Of a DNA stretch of 64,000 nt, positions 35,314-45,060 are shown in pieces. A program made the position numbers and the translations under genes. Under the pieces are notes generated by a model. That model worked only from the letters and a program-made list of their open reading frames with translations, was not told the origin of the DNA and searched no databases. Numbering within the stretch: position 1 is the stretch's first letter; every line of letters begins with the position of its first letter. Location of the stretch: IMG/VR virus record IMGVR_UViG_3300020473_001965, positions 124,001 through 188,000 of that record; one strand, given 5' to 3'.

Positions 35314-38300
35314 TTATCCGCTCCAACTCACATCTACCCTGCTTATGTAGCCTGACCAATTTTTATGGGCAGTTATTTTTAAAACAAAATATTCTTGTCC
35401 TGAAACTGTACCGTCTACAGTTAACCCATTAAAGGTGCACGTGTTTACTGCACCTGAACCATCTGCAGTTGCGTCTAGATCTCCGCTCAAACAGCCGTCG
35501 CCATCAGATGTATTGCCCGAACCGGGTGATGGACGACCCAAGTCTAGGAACCCTGACTTCTCTGGTATTTTTGCCTCTACATATATGTTTTTATTTGTTC
35601 CCAGAGATCCTGAATTTGCGCCGGCTTTTCCAACAATTATTGCATCACCGTAGATTGTAATAGAAACACTCGGTCGATCGTTAGCTGTGTTATTTAAAAA
35701 CCCACGATAGTATTCTCTGGCGCCGATAGCTAAACTGCTATAATTAACATTTCCAGCAGGGCCCTCTATTGTTCCGCCCTCTGAATGATTTCTAAAGTCT
35801 CCTGAATTTCCTCCATCGAGTGGGCTAATTAGATAACCGTCATAAAGCATTAAACCATTATAATAAGTTGAAGCGCTTGCGTTATTAATCGAAGATGTAG
35901 AAGACCATTTATTTCCAGACGAGGTCACAGAAGACTGAGTTCCGTAGCTTCCGCTTTGCAGTCTATACTTTTCTCCATCAAAATATTCGTTCGTATTTGC
36001 ATTTGATCCATCACTAGCCGAATACACGTGAAGATTTGTTGTTGTCAAAGTTGACATCGTCAAATTCGTCTTCAACGGATGATCAAAAACCATTGCACCG
36101 GCACAACTATAAGCCGTCGTATAAGTTCCCAATAAAGACTTCGATCGAGAAAATCTAATTGTTCCTGTGGCGTGAAGGCTTTCATTTTGAGAATCAGTTG
36201 CAGAGCTCAAAGTTTGTAATGAATCAGTTGACGAAGATGTCGACTTTGTAGAAGACAATCCCGAACCTGACTGAATAATTTTTATTGCTGAAGCGTTTGA
36301 TAAAGCTGTAAATGATATCGCAGAATTGCTATCTGAATATACGTTCTTATACAGATTTGAGACTCTTGTTTGTATGGTTCCGCTTGGCTGAACAAAATAC
36401 TTCACACCGCTTAAATGGAACGTATTATCATCTTGAAATGCAGCAAGCGAAGAGCCCGCTTCAGCCAAAGCATTAGAGTCGTTATCATTTACCCACTCAA
36501 CGTAGTTGGTAGCTCTATCAGATCCTGCTACAGAGTGAATTACCCTCGCATAGTTCCATCCGTTTCTTTGATCAGCAACTACGACTCTATACTTTCCTGT
36601 CCTAAAAACCTCTGTATAGTCTGGAACGTTATTGGCATACGTTTCTGGCTCCCATGTGCTCAAACTCACAAAGCCTGAGCCATTACTGTTAACTGACGTG
36701 CCTCCCCCAGATCCTGGCGCGCCGGACCCTACTAGATTATAAGACCCGGTCAATTCAACTGTATGGATAACTGAGCCATTCACTTCTAATTTTAATGATC
36801 CGCTATTTGCGTCAGAAAATGAATCAGCGACGTACTTCCCTGAAACAGCTGATACATCGTCGTTTAATTTGCCTTCCACAACCGTATCTAGCGCAAACAC
36901 AGAACGCCTCAGGTTGTTTGAAGATGCAGCAGTCTGATACAGACCATTGATATCGACAGCAGTTCCCAGACCTGCTGAAGCTGCAACGTTTGCATACCCA
37001 GTGACCGACTTTGAAGATCCGAACGATAAATTGCAATCCGTTCCGTCATCGTCACAACCAATATCATCTAGATCTGGAATTGCTGTGATCGTTCCTGAGC
37101 CTGCGCCAAACGATACAGTTACATTATCCAGATATCCTGTCCAAGAAGCATCAGCCTCGATTCTCAAGACAATATATTCATTATTTCCAACGCCTACTGT
37201 GCCTAAAGTCACCTCGTTGGTTGCGTCTACACTTGAATCAAAGGTGTTACCACTTGACCACGATGCATTAGCTCCATCATTATCATCATAAGAATCCAAG
37301 ACAAAATCTGTTGCTATGTCAAGCCAACCAGTCGACCTTGATCCGTCTGATGGGAACTTGACAAACACTCTTATTCTTCCGCTATTTAAAGCGGTGGCAG
37401 CTGAGACTATTGTCGTGCCACTTCCTTCTATCACCAGGGAAAGATCATACTTTGTAGAACCTGTTTCATTCTTGAACCATCTATAAAATGTTCTCTGGCC
37501 AGACTCGGAAGAGTAGTTAGGATTTTTTGAAGGTGCATTATTTAATGTCCCTCCATCAGCGTTATCCCTAAAGTCACCTGAATTGAGAGTTTTTGTGGGA
37601 GAATATAATCTATCTCTATAAAATTGCAGGCCATTTGAATGACCACCATTAGAGGACGTCATATGTTTGTTAGAATTCCACGAATTCGCGCCGGCGACGA
37701 TAGATGCCTGGGTGTCGTATGCGCCGCTTACTATTCGATAATTTTCTCTTCTGAACGTTTCAACAAGCGCTGTAGAAGAGTTCGACAGGTCGTACATCAG
37801 GATGCCTGTTGTTGATGCTTGACCTGAATTTGATAGATTGCTTTTAAACGGATGTGTTACACTGACCCCTGCAGTCAAAGATCCGCTAAGAAAGTAGTTG
37901 GCAGATACAGTTGCAGAACCTGTCAAGTGAAGTGTTTTGGTATTGTCTTCTCCTGCGCCTGTATTTATTGTTGGTTTTGACTGGGCAGAAATTGAATATG
38001 AGGCTCCGCTTGAAGCGGCTGCACTATTGGATGTGGTAAAAGTTATATTATTAGTATCGTATACGTTTTTGTATGCATTTGCAACACGAACAACGTAGCT
38101 AGCTGTTCCGCTTCGGAAATATTCTATACCTGAAAGGTGTATGCTTCCTGATCCTACAAAAGATAGTTCGTTTCCTGCAGCAGTTAAAGCATTTGCATTA
38201 TCATCATTTACCCATTCGATATAATTGGTTGTAGTTGTTGTACCTGTTCTTACGTGTTGGACCCTAGCATAGTTCCAGCCGCGGCGTTGGGTGCCGGATG

Positions 38301-39243
38301 CTATAAAGAACTTGCCTGTCCTGTGTCTGAAAGAATCGAAAGAATTTCCATTGGAAAGCGTTCCTGTAGTAGACACGGAAAAGAATTTAAACCCAGAGCC
38401 ATTTGCATCTACGTGGGATCCCGTTCCCAACCCAGAAGTTCCGCTTCCAATTGGATCTTGAGATAAATCAACTGTCTTAATTGTTGAACCATTAACAGTT
38501 AGTCGAACAACTCCTGAGTTCCCTTCTCCAAAAGAATACTTTGGATAATTCTGAATACTGCTACCCTGACTGTTATAAGCTACATCACTATTTAGAATTC
38601 CCGTAATATGAGTGTCGCCGTCGAAAACGCCTAGACGAAGATTGTTGCTCGATGTGACAACTGTATATAGACCGTTTACATCAACGGCGGACGCAACGCC
38701 TGCTGACGCTGCTACACTTACGTATGCGGGCGTAGCTGATGCTAGATTGTTTGAAGACCCGAATGAAAGATAGACTCCCGAACCAGAGTGAAGAGCATTA
38801 ATATTATCTAAAGCAGGGGCGGGTTCAGGTGCTAAAGCTTTGAGCACTTCGTTAAACCTGTCGATTGCAGTCCCAATTTCTGTGTTGGTTGTGAAATCTG
38901 TAAAAAGACCGTCTGTATATGACCCATCTTCTGCCGAACCTATGGTACTAGACCCAGATGTTGCCGCTGTAATTGTTATTTGACCATCAGATGAACTTGC
39001 CACAGTCACGTTGTTTCCTGCAACAATATATGATCGACCATCTTTTATCTTTGTAATTGATCCAGTTATGGCCCCGCCACTGGGTCCCAGTGAACTAACT
39101 GTCCCACTTAAAAAAGATGACCCTGTCAAAAACAGTTGTTGATCTTTGAAAGTTAGTTTTGCATCCCCGGTAAACTCACTACCGCTGGCGAACTGTATCG
39201 ATCCATCAGAACCAGATGGGCTTACTACACGAATAGCTGTCAT
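35314..39243 (-). CDS. Large virion structural protein (1309 aa), paralogue of the C-terminal part of the 2908-aa protein
   Basis: Shares EDGSYTDGLFTDF..IGTAIDRFNEVLKALAPEPAPALDNI, GWNYARV.H, NY.EWVND and QRTFYRWFKNETGSTKYDL with it. Confidence 0.8.
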   Translation of the reverse strand: MTAIRVVSPSGSDGSIQFASGSEFTGDAKLTFKDQQLFLTGSSFLSGTVSSLGPSGGAITGSITKIKDGRSYIVAGNNVTVASSSDGQITITAATSGSSTIGSAEDGSYTDGLFTDFTTNTEIGTAIDRFNEVLKALAPEPAPALDNINALHSGSGVYLSFGSSNNLASATPAYVSVAASAGVASAVDVNGLYTVVTSSNNLRLGVFDGDTHITGILNSDVAYNSQGSSIQNYPKYSFGEGNSGVVRLTVNGSTIKTVDLSQDPIGSGTSGLGTGSHVDANGSGFKFFSVSTTGTLSNGNSFDSFRHRTGKFFIASGTQRRGWNYARVQHVRTGTTTTTNYIEWVNDDNANALTAAGNELSFVGSGSIHLSGIEYFRSGTASYVVRVANAYKNVYDTNNITFTTSNSAAASSGASYSISAQSKPTINTGAGEDNTKTLHLTGSATVSANYFLSGSLTAGVSVTHPFKSNLSNSGQASTTGILMYDLSNSSTALVETFRRENYRIVSGAYDTQASIVAGANSWNSNKHMTSSNGGHSNGLQFYRDRLYSPTKTLNSGDFRDNADGGTLNNAPSKNPNYSSESGQRTFYRWFKNETGSTKYDLSLVIEGSGTTIVSAATALNSGRIRVFVKFPSDGSRSTGWLDIATDFVLDSYDDNDGANASWSSGNTFDSSVDATNEVTLGTVGVGNNEYIVLRIEADASWTGYLDNVTVSFGAGSGTITAIPDLDDIGCDDDGTDCNLSFGSSKSVTGYANVAASAGLGTAVDINGLYQTAASSNNLRRSVFALDTVVEGKLNDDVSAVSGKYVADSFSDANSGSLKLEVNGSVIHTVELTGSYNLVGSGAPGSGGGTSVNSNGSGFVSLSTWEPETYANNVPDYTEVFRTGKYRVVVADQRNGWNYARVIHSVAGSDRATNYVEWVNDNDSNALAEAGSSLAAFQDDNTFHLSGVKYFVQPSGTIQTRVSNLYKNVYSDSNSAISFTALSNASAIKIIQSGSGLSSTKSTSSSTDSLQTLSSATDSQNESLHATGTIRFSRSKSLLGTYTTAYSCAGAMVFDHPLKTNLTMSTLTTTNLHVYSASDGSNANTNEYFDGEKYRLQSGSYGTQSSVTSSGNKWSSTSSINNASASTYYNGLMLYDGYLISPLDGGNSGDFRNHSEGGTIEGPAGNVNYSSLAIGAREYYRGFLNNTANDRPSVSITIYGDAIIVGKAGANSGSLGTNKNIYVEAKIPEKSGFLDLGRPSPGSGNTSDGDGCLSGDLDATADGSGAVNTCTFNGLTVDGTVSGQEYFVLKITAHKNWSGYISRVDVSWSG

Positions 39244-39334
39244 TTAACCACTTTACCAGAAATACACTTGTCATTCTACACAAATATTGACTAGCAGTAT
39301 ATATGTATTGTCTTCGTGAAGGTTAAAGAATACC

Positions 39335-40273
39335 TCAGTCTATATTATACATCGGTGAACTTTTTACCTCGTCTAAAAGAGTAGGAAGATCAAGACCAGC
39401 ACAATCAATTTTCGTTTTGATAAAGTTGTAGTGGTTGCAGACTCCATGAAACTCTCCTCGCTCACAATCTCTGTGAACACTTGTCTCTATGTAACCCTTG
39501 TCATTTTTAGGATATTCAAGAGGAATCCCTATTCCTATGTGACATGCCTTCCAAAGCGCTTTAAGTGCTTCGAGCTGAACTGGATAAAAATCTGTAAAGG
39601 GCTTCAATGTTTTTCCATGAACATATCCATGCTCTTGAACAGGCCTTTCGCCGAAACCATTCTTGACGTACCAAGACTGATACTTTAGATAATATGCATT
39701 TGCTATTTCTACCCCTATGCCTTTCGTGTTTCCGCCTTCGTACTTTGGTATACCTGCGTGCCACGCCTTATGTTGTGTATCTAGCATTTGATAAATTGTT
39801 CCATTATTATCAATCAGGAAATGAACTGATATCCCACGACGATTTAAGACTTTTGCGCAAGATTCAGAGCTCAAGCATACATCCCAGTGGTTGACGAACA
39901 TGGTTGGCTCTCTATCTGGTTTTCCTGAATAATCTGTATAGCAGCCCTTGTTCGCTTTAAAGCCTTCGTCTTCATCCCATAAAATAACCTTGTCCCACTC
40001 AATTGGAATAAATTTTCCGTTATGAACGATGTGTTTATCACCAGGTGTATACAGATTCTTCTTTGGCTTGTGATCTGAGATGCTTGATTCTCTCTCGGTC
40101 CATATTCTTCTGTAAGTTGTGGGACCTACGAGACCGTCTGCTTTTAATCCATTAGCTCTCTGCCACTTTTGGACTGCTTTGACAAGATTGTGATCAAATT
40201 CGTCGCAACCAAACCATGATGGCTCCCATTCAAGCTTTGAAGCACTTGAACTGTTATAGAAGTCTTTATCCAT
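39335..40273 (-). CDS. Endolysin: peptidoglycan-binding domain plus N-acetylmuramoyl-L-alanine amidase (Amidase_2)
   Basis: AVQKWQRANGLKADGLVGPTT (PG_binding_1); NHWD, SVHFLIDNNGTIYQ, AWHAG, GVEI, NHY...KIDC (Zn amidase). Start ATG at 40273. Confidence 0.88.
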   Translation of the reverse strand: MDKDFYNSSSASKLEWEPSWFGCDEFDHNLVKAVQKWQRANGLKADGLVGPTTYRRIWTERESSISDHKPKKNLYTPGDKHIVHNGKFIPIEWDKVILWDEDEGFKANKGCYTDYSGKPDREPTMFVNHWDVCLSSESCAKVLNRRGISVHFLIDNNGTIYQMLDTQHKAWHAGIPKYEGGNTKGIGVEIANAYYLKYQSWYVKNGFGERPVQEHGYVHGKTLKPFTDFYPVQLEALKALWKACHIGIGIPLEYPKNDKGYIETSVHRDCERGEFHGVCNHYNFIKTKIDCAGLDLPTLLDEVKSSPMYNID

Positions 40274-40520
40274 TTTTCTTCCTCTTTTTCTCTCTTTCGT
40301 ATTCGTCGATATGAAACAAGACAGTTGAGGCCCAGGTCCTGTCACTGTCTTTTTCTCTTTCACTTAAATCTGAGTACTCTGTCTGGAGTTGCTTTCGCCA
40401 CCTCTCAACATTCTCAGGTGTGTAGTTGTCCAACATGTATCTAGTCCAATGGGCCCACTGGCGATGTTCTAGGTCAGCTAATATTTCTAGCAAATCGCGG
40501 CGGGAAGCATTGTCAATCAT
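40266..40520 (-). CDS. Small RyR-domain-like phage protein
   Basis: LADLEH.QW..W...Y.DLSEREKDSDR matches the RyR repeat pattern. Confidence 0.55.
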   Translation of the reverse strand: MIDNASRRDLLEILADLEHRQWAHWTRYMLDNYTPENVERWRKQLQTEYSDLSEREKDSDRTWASTVLFHIDEYEREKKRKKNG

Positions 40521-40521
40521 T

Positions 40522-41124
40522 TCAATCTAGCTCGATATCTACGTTTATCTCAATAGATAGCTTTGGAACCCTAAGCTGATTAGCCATTCCGTGCTTTTTC
40601 GCTTCTTCTGCATCCAAAAACCAGTCAGCATGCTTTTTCTTATCGACGATCTTCATAAAATAGTCGTCTTTCTTACCGCAATTTCGCGCCATCATTGTAT
40701 AAATCTTTTCATTAAGTCTGTCAGCTTCAGCAGCTCCGGCTTTTAATTCTTCAACTTTTCCCATATCCATAGAAGATACATCGTGTATCATAACAGTAGC
40801 GTTAGGATCCATAAATCTCAACCCTTCTTCTCCAAAGGAAAACAAAACAGCTCCACATGACATTGCTTTGCCTTCAACTATTGTAGCTACTGGAAGGTCC
40901 GCATGCTTTATTGCACTAATCATACTCATCAAGCTATACACTTGACCACCGTACGAATCAATAATAATCGGAATTACCTTTTGTCCCGTATTGTGTGCCA
41001 ACCCCATTTGTTCATCAAACTTTTTAGCTGAATCTTCGTTAAATTTGTTTACCCTTATTATTACAGGGCTTTTTCTTAGTTCCACTTCTTTGATTAATGG
41101 TGAAACATTGCTCGTCCAAATCAT
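40522..41124 (-). CDS. clpP: ClpP-like serine protease
   Basis: IDSYGGQV, GKAMSCGA (Ser), MIHD (His), DWFLDAEEAKKHG. Confidence 0.85.
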   Translation of the reverse strand: MIWTSNVSPLIKEVELRKSPVIIRVNKFNEDSAKKFDEQMGLAHNTGQKVIPIIIDSYGGQVYSLMSMISAIKHADLPVATIVEGKAMSCGAVLFSFGEEGLRFMDPNATVMIHDVSSMDMGKVEELKAGAAEADRLNEKIYTMMARNCGKKDDYFMKIVDKKKHADWFLDAEEAKKHGMANQLRVPKLSIEINVDIELD

Positions 41125-41145
41125 TTTGTACCTCTTTGAATTTAT

Positions 41146-43647
41146 TTATCCGCACTTAGCATAACCACAATTCAAGCAAGTGGCGCAGCCTTCTTGGTAA
41201 ACTATATTAGGATTGTCACAACATTGTGTGTCAATGACACCGCTGCCTGGTTTTGTACCGTCTAATATATATTTCTTTAAGCATCTTGCAATTACTTTTG
41301 AGAAGCTAAATAAGTCTGCATCTCTATCTTTTTGTAGTTGTTCACAAATATAATGAACTGGTGCGCCATGGCGTAATGCCAGTGATAGTGTTCTTGTAAA
41401 AGCTGAATGGTTGGGATTGTCAAAGATCTTGACAATGTCTTTCACAATCACTTCATTTCCATCTTCTCCAAATTTTAAATCGTAGATTGAGTTCATTGTC
41501 TTTCTTGGTCGCTTTATAAGATGACCACTTTTGTATTTTCTTGGGATTTCAACATACTCAGATTTACCTCCGAAAATTTCGTAAGGTTTACCTTCAAGAA
41601 GGCCGATCAAAATAGTCCATGGTTCTCCAGCAATCGATGCCTGATGTACATCACACTCAAGCTCTTTTAGCCTCTTTGGCGCTGAATTCTCATTAAAGAC
41701 AAGTTTCTCTTCTGGGTTGGCATCAGAGGAAACTAATACACCGGCGCGACTGCCGTCGCGATAAACAGTCACACCCTTGCACCCAAGTTCCCAGCCGGTC
41801 ATGTATACATCTTTGACGGTTTCGACATCGATGTCAGACGGCAAGTTTGTTGTGTTTGAAATTGCATGACATACCCATTTTTGAGCTGCTGCTTGCATTC
41901 TTACTTTTGCAACCCAATCTATTTCATTTGCAGTCGAACATTTATAGGGGCTTAAATCCACTAACTCATCAGGGTCATCATCGCTCTGAAATACAGATTG
42001 TTCGATCCACTGTTTAAAACCATGGTGATAGACTGTGTACTCTTGCCACTTGTCACCCGAATCATCAACAAAGTCCACACGGGCGTCTGCGTCTTGTCCT
42101 GTCAGCTTCTTCCGTCGTGTATAGTGAAGCATAAATGCTGGCTCGATACCCGAAGTTGTCTGAGTCAATACAGAAACAGATCCTGCTGGCGCTGTTGTAG
42201 TATTTGCGATGTTTCTTCGACCGTATTTCACATAATCTTCTTGGCGATGGGGTAAAAGCTCGCCTATGATTCTTGATATGAAAGGATGATCCTTTTCTTT
42301 GTCATAATCCCAAGCTCCAAATGATCCTCTTTCTTTTGCAAGAATGATCGATGACTCATAAGAATTTAGCGAAAGCCACTTATAAACTTCTTCTGTTATT
42401 TCAACAGACTCGTCTGATCCATACTTTACACCTATCATCGCGAGCATATCACCCAGACCTGTAATCCCTAGACCTGTGCGTCTGCCCAGCACTGCTTGTG
42501 TCTTTATATTTTCCCAAAGATCAAGCTCAATTTGCTTAACTGTGTGGGGTTCGGGATCATTCTTAATTTTTGAGATGATTTTATTGACTTGATCTATTTC
42601 AAGATCGATCATATCGTCCATAAGTCGCTGCGCTTTTTGAACTTTTCTAGCAAACTCGCCATAATCAAATTCAGCAGAATCTGACCACGGGTTCGTTACA
42701 AAAGCAGTCAAATTCATCAACATTAGTCTACAAGAATCATATGGGGAAAGTATGATTTCTCCACATGGGTTTGTAGATGTTGAACCAAAGCCTTCAGCTT
42801 CATAAGCATCAGAAGGAGTCATTGTCTTTGCTGTGTCCCAAAAAAGGACCCCGGGTTCAGCTGAAGAGTGGGCAGACTCAATAAGTGCATGCCAAATTTC
42901 TTGTGCGCTATCTGTGACTGTCACCTCAGGTTTGTCTGAATCGACAGGCCACTTTAAAGTAACATCGTCACATGCCTTCACAGCGTTCATAAACTCATCA
43001 GTTACACGGACAGAAATATTAGCACCTGTCACTCTGGTCAAGTCCCTCTTAATCTTTATAAAGTCACGAATCTGGGGGTGGTGGACTGAAATAGTTAACA
43101 TTAGAGCCCCTCTGCGCCCTCCCTGTGCTACTTCTCGACATGAGTTGCTGAATCTATCCATGAAGACTTCAATGCCATCTGTCGTCCTTGCAGCATTCCC
43201 TGTCGTCATTCCCTTAGGTCGAATGTTTGAAATATCAAATCCCACGCCGCCGCGGCGCTTGGCAATCTGAACAAGTTCTTGATCAGTCTTCAAGATACCG
43301 CCGTAAGAGTCATAGGGAGATTCGATCACAAAGCAGTTTGAAATAGACTGTATTTGATTATCATTACCTATTCCTGCCATGGGTGAACCTTGTGGCACTA
43401 TGTATTTAAAATCTTTTAAGAGGCTGTAGATTTCGTCTTCAGGCATTGGGTTGGGATATTTTGACTCTGCCTTATAATACTCGCGGGCGAGGCGCCTGTG
43501 CATATCATCCGGTGTTGTTTCTTGATAGTCACCTAATCTATTTGTCAAGGCATACTTTGTTACAAAAACATTAGCAGCCAACTCATCTCCCTTAAAATAC
43601 TCAAGAGAGTTTTTAAAAGCGACACTGTATCCTAATTTCTCGTCCAT
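41146..43647 (-). CDS. nrdJ: Class II (adenosylcobalamin-dependent) ribonucleotide reductase
   Basis: SNCFV, RRGGVG, GGRRGALM, NISV, TNPCGEI, C.L, GLGITG, TAPAGSVS, SGIEP, KGVTVYRDGSR, C-terminal Cys cluster; no tyrosine pair and no beta subunit gene nearby. Confidence 0.92.
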   Translation of the reverse strand: MDEKLGYSVAFKNSLEYFKGDELAANVFVTKYALTNRLGDYQETTPDDMHRRLAREYYKAESKYPNPMPEDEIYSLLKDFKYIVPQGSPMAGIGNDNQIQSISNCFVIESPYDSYGGILKTDQELVQIAKRRGGVGFDISNIRPKGMTTGNAARTTDGIEVFMDRFSNSCREVAQGGRRGALMLTISVHHPQIRDFIKIKRDLTRVTGANISVRVTDEFMNAVKACDDVTLKWPVDSDKPEVTVTDSAQEIWHALIESAHSSAEPGVLFWDTAKTMTPSDAYEAEGFGSTSTNPCGEIILSPYDSCRLMLMNLTAFVTNPWSDSAEFDYGEFARKVQKAQRLMDDMIDLEIDQVNKIISKIKNDPEPHTVKQIELDLWENIKTQAVLGRRTGLGITGLGDMLAMIGVKYGSDESVEITEEVYKWLSLNSYESSIILAKERGSFGAWDYDKEKDHPFISRIIGELLPHRQEDYVKYGRRNIANTTTAPAGSVSVLTQTTSGIEPAFMLHYTRRKKLTGQDADARVDFVDDSGDKWQEYTVYHHGFKQWIEQSVFQSDDDPDELVDLSPYKCSTANEIDWVAKVRMQAAAQKWVCHAISNTTNLPSDIDVETVKDVYMTGWELGCKGVTVYRDGSRAGVLVSSDANPEEKLVFNENSAPKRLKELECDVHQASIAGEPWTILIGLLEGKPYEIFGGKSEYVEIPRKYKSGHLIKRPRKTMNSIYDLKFGEDGNEVIVKDIVKIFDNPNHSAFTRTLSLALRHGAPVHYICEQLQKDRDADLFSFSKVIARCLKKYILDGTKPGSGVIDTQCCDNPNIVYQEGCATCLNCGYAKCG

Positions 43648-43655
43648 ATCTACCC

Positions 43656-45059
43656 CTACTGATCTTGCTGTACTTCTTTCCACTTAGTCTTCAACAGTGA
43701 TTTCATTGTTGCAGCATCATTCTTAGCGACTTCTCTTAAGTCTAAATCTTCTTCATCCAGGACCTTTATTTTAGATCTTGCTGTGTCCATTTGAATAGGA
43801 AAGAGAAGACCATCTCTTCCTGCACGATTCTTTGCGACAAAAAGTCGACCTGCACCTGTTGACTTTTCCAGTGGCTTTCGAGAGAGCGATATAACAACAT
43901 CAGCAACCATTGCTTTTCCATATGCCTCTGACATATTTTCAAGTCCGACGATGTCTGATTTTGCTGAGTCTCTGTTAGCTTGTGATGCTGTCCAAATCGG
44001 TATGTTTATTTCCATCGCAAGATTTCTTAGCTCTTCATAAATTAATTTCAACTCATGACGAAGCGAGTCGTAAGACTTGGATGACCGCATGATATCAGCG
44101 TAATCAATAACAATAAGGCTGGGCATGAAAGATTTTAGCTTCAGCTTCTCTATATGGTTCCTGATTGTCTGGACTGTCGCAGCACCTGTTGGATATTCTT
44201 TTATTATCAATCTTCCCAACTCCATTCCCTCGTATTTTGATAGTACTCTGTCTTTGTTGTCTTGTACCTCATTACTAGGAATATCACATAAATTTGAATC
44301 GTACCTCAAACCGACTGCTGTTTCGGTTAGCTCAAATGTATAGTGAACAACGTTCTTACCTCGTCGAAGTGCGTTTGCTCCCATAGCTACCAAAAAGTGA
44401 CTCTTGCCTACACCTGTATTTGCAGTAACAACCCCTATTTCACCCCTGCCCAAGCCACCATTTAGAATATCTTTTCGATCTAATTCAAGTATTCCAGTTG
44501 GGCAGACGCGTCGATTAACTTTTACAAATCTCGCCTCAATGTCTTCAAAGAAATCGTGCCCAGTAGATGATGGCATGCCGACTGAAACTGCTTCTTTCAT
44601 TATTGTCAAGACATTTTCAAATTGACCGTCATGAATAAGATTTACTGAATTTTCCAATGCTTCTTTAAAAGCTTGACGCTTACAAAAATCAAGTGCCTTG
44701 TCTTTAACATATGAAAGGTCACCATTATCAGGGTTAGATTTTACTCTATGAAGATACTCGACAATTTGTTCTCTTAAGACAGCGTCATTACCCTGTGTTA
44801 GATCTTCTCTTATTATGCTTACTAGCAATCCCAGTGTTGGAAAGCACCTATATTTTTTGTGATAGTTAAAATATTTTTCTGTCAAGTAATTTAGATATTT
44901 TATCTCAAAAAAAGACGGGTCCATCACCTCGATCATCTGTGCTGCCCATGTATCATCATGCAAGAGACCTTGAAAGATCTTTTCTTGAAAAGATTTGCCA
45001 TACTGCTTGAAATGGCCTTCGTGCGGTTGTGTAGCTTTCTTGTCACTAGCAAGACTCAT
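43656..45059 (-). CDS. Replicative DNA helicase (DnaB / T4 gp41-like)
   Basis: ANTGVGKS, TFEL, IIKEYPTG, IDYADIM, WTASQANR, KNRAG. Confidence 0.92.
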   Translation of the reverse strand: MSLASDKKATQPHEGHFKQYGKSFQEKIFQGLLHDDTWAAQMIEVMDPSFFEIKYLNYLTEKYFNYHKKYRCFPTLGLLVSIIREDLTQGNDAVLREQIVEYLHRVKSNPDNGDLSYVKDKALDFCKRQAFKEALENSVNLIHDGQFENVLTIMKEAVSVGMPSSTGHDFFEDIEARFVKVNRRVCPTGILELDRKDILNGGLGRGEIGVVTANTGVGKSHFLVAMGANALRRGKNVVHYTFELTETAVGLRYDSNLCDIPSNEVQDNKDRVLSKYEGMELGRLIIKEYPTGAATVQTIRNHIEKLKLKSFMPSLIVIDYADIMRSSKSYDSLRHELKLIYEELRNLAMEINIPIWTASQANRDSAKSDIVGLENMSEAYGKAMVADVVISLSRKPLEKSTGAGRLFVAKNRAGRDGLLFPIQMDTARSKIKVLDEEDLDLREVAKNDAATMKSLLKTKWKEVQQDQ

Positions 45060-45060
45060 C

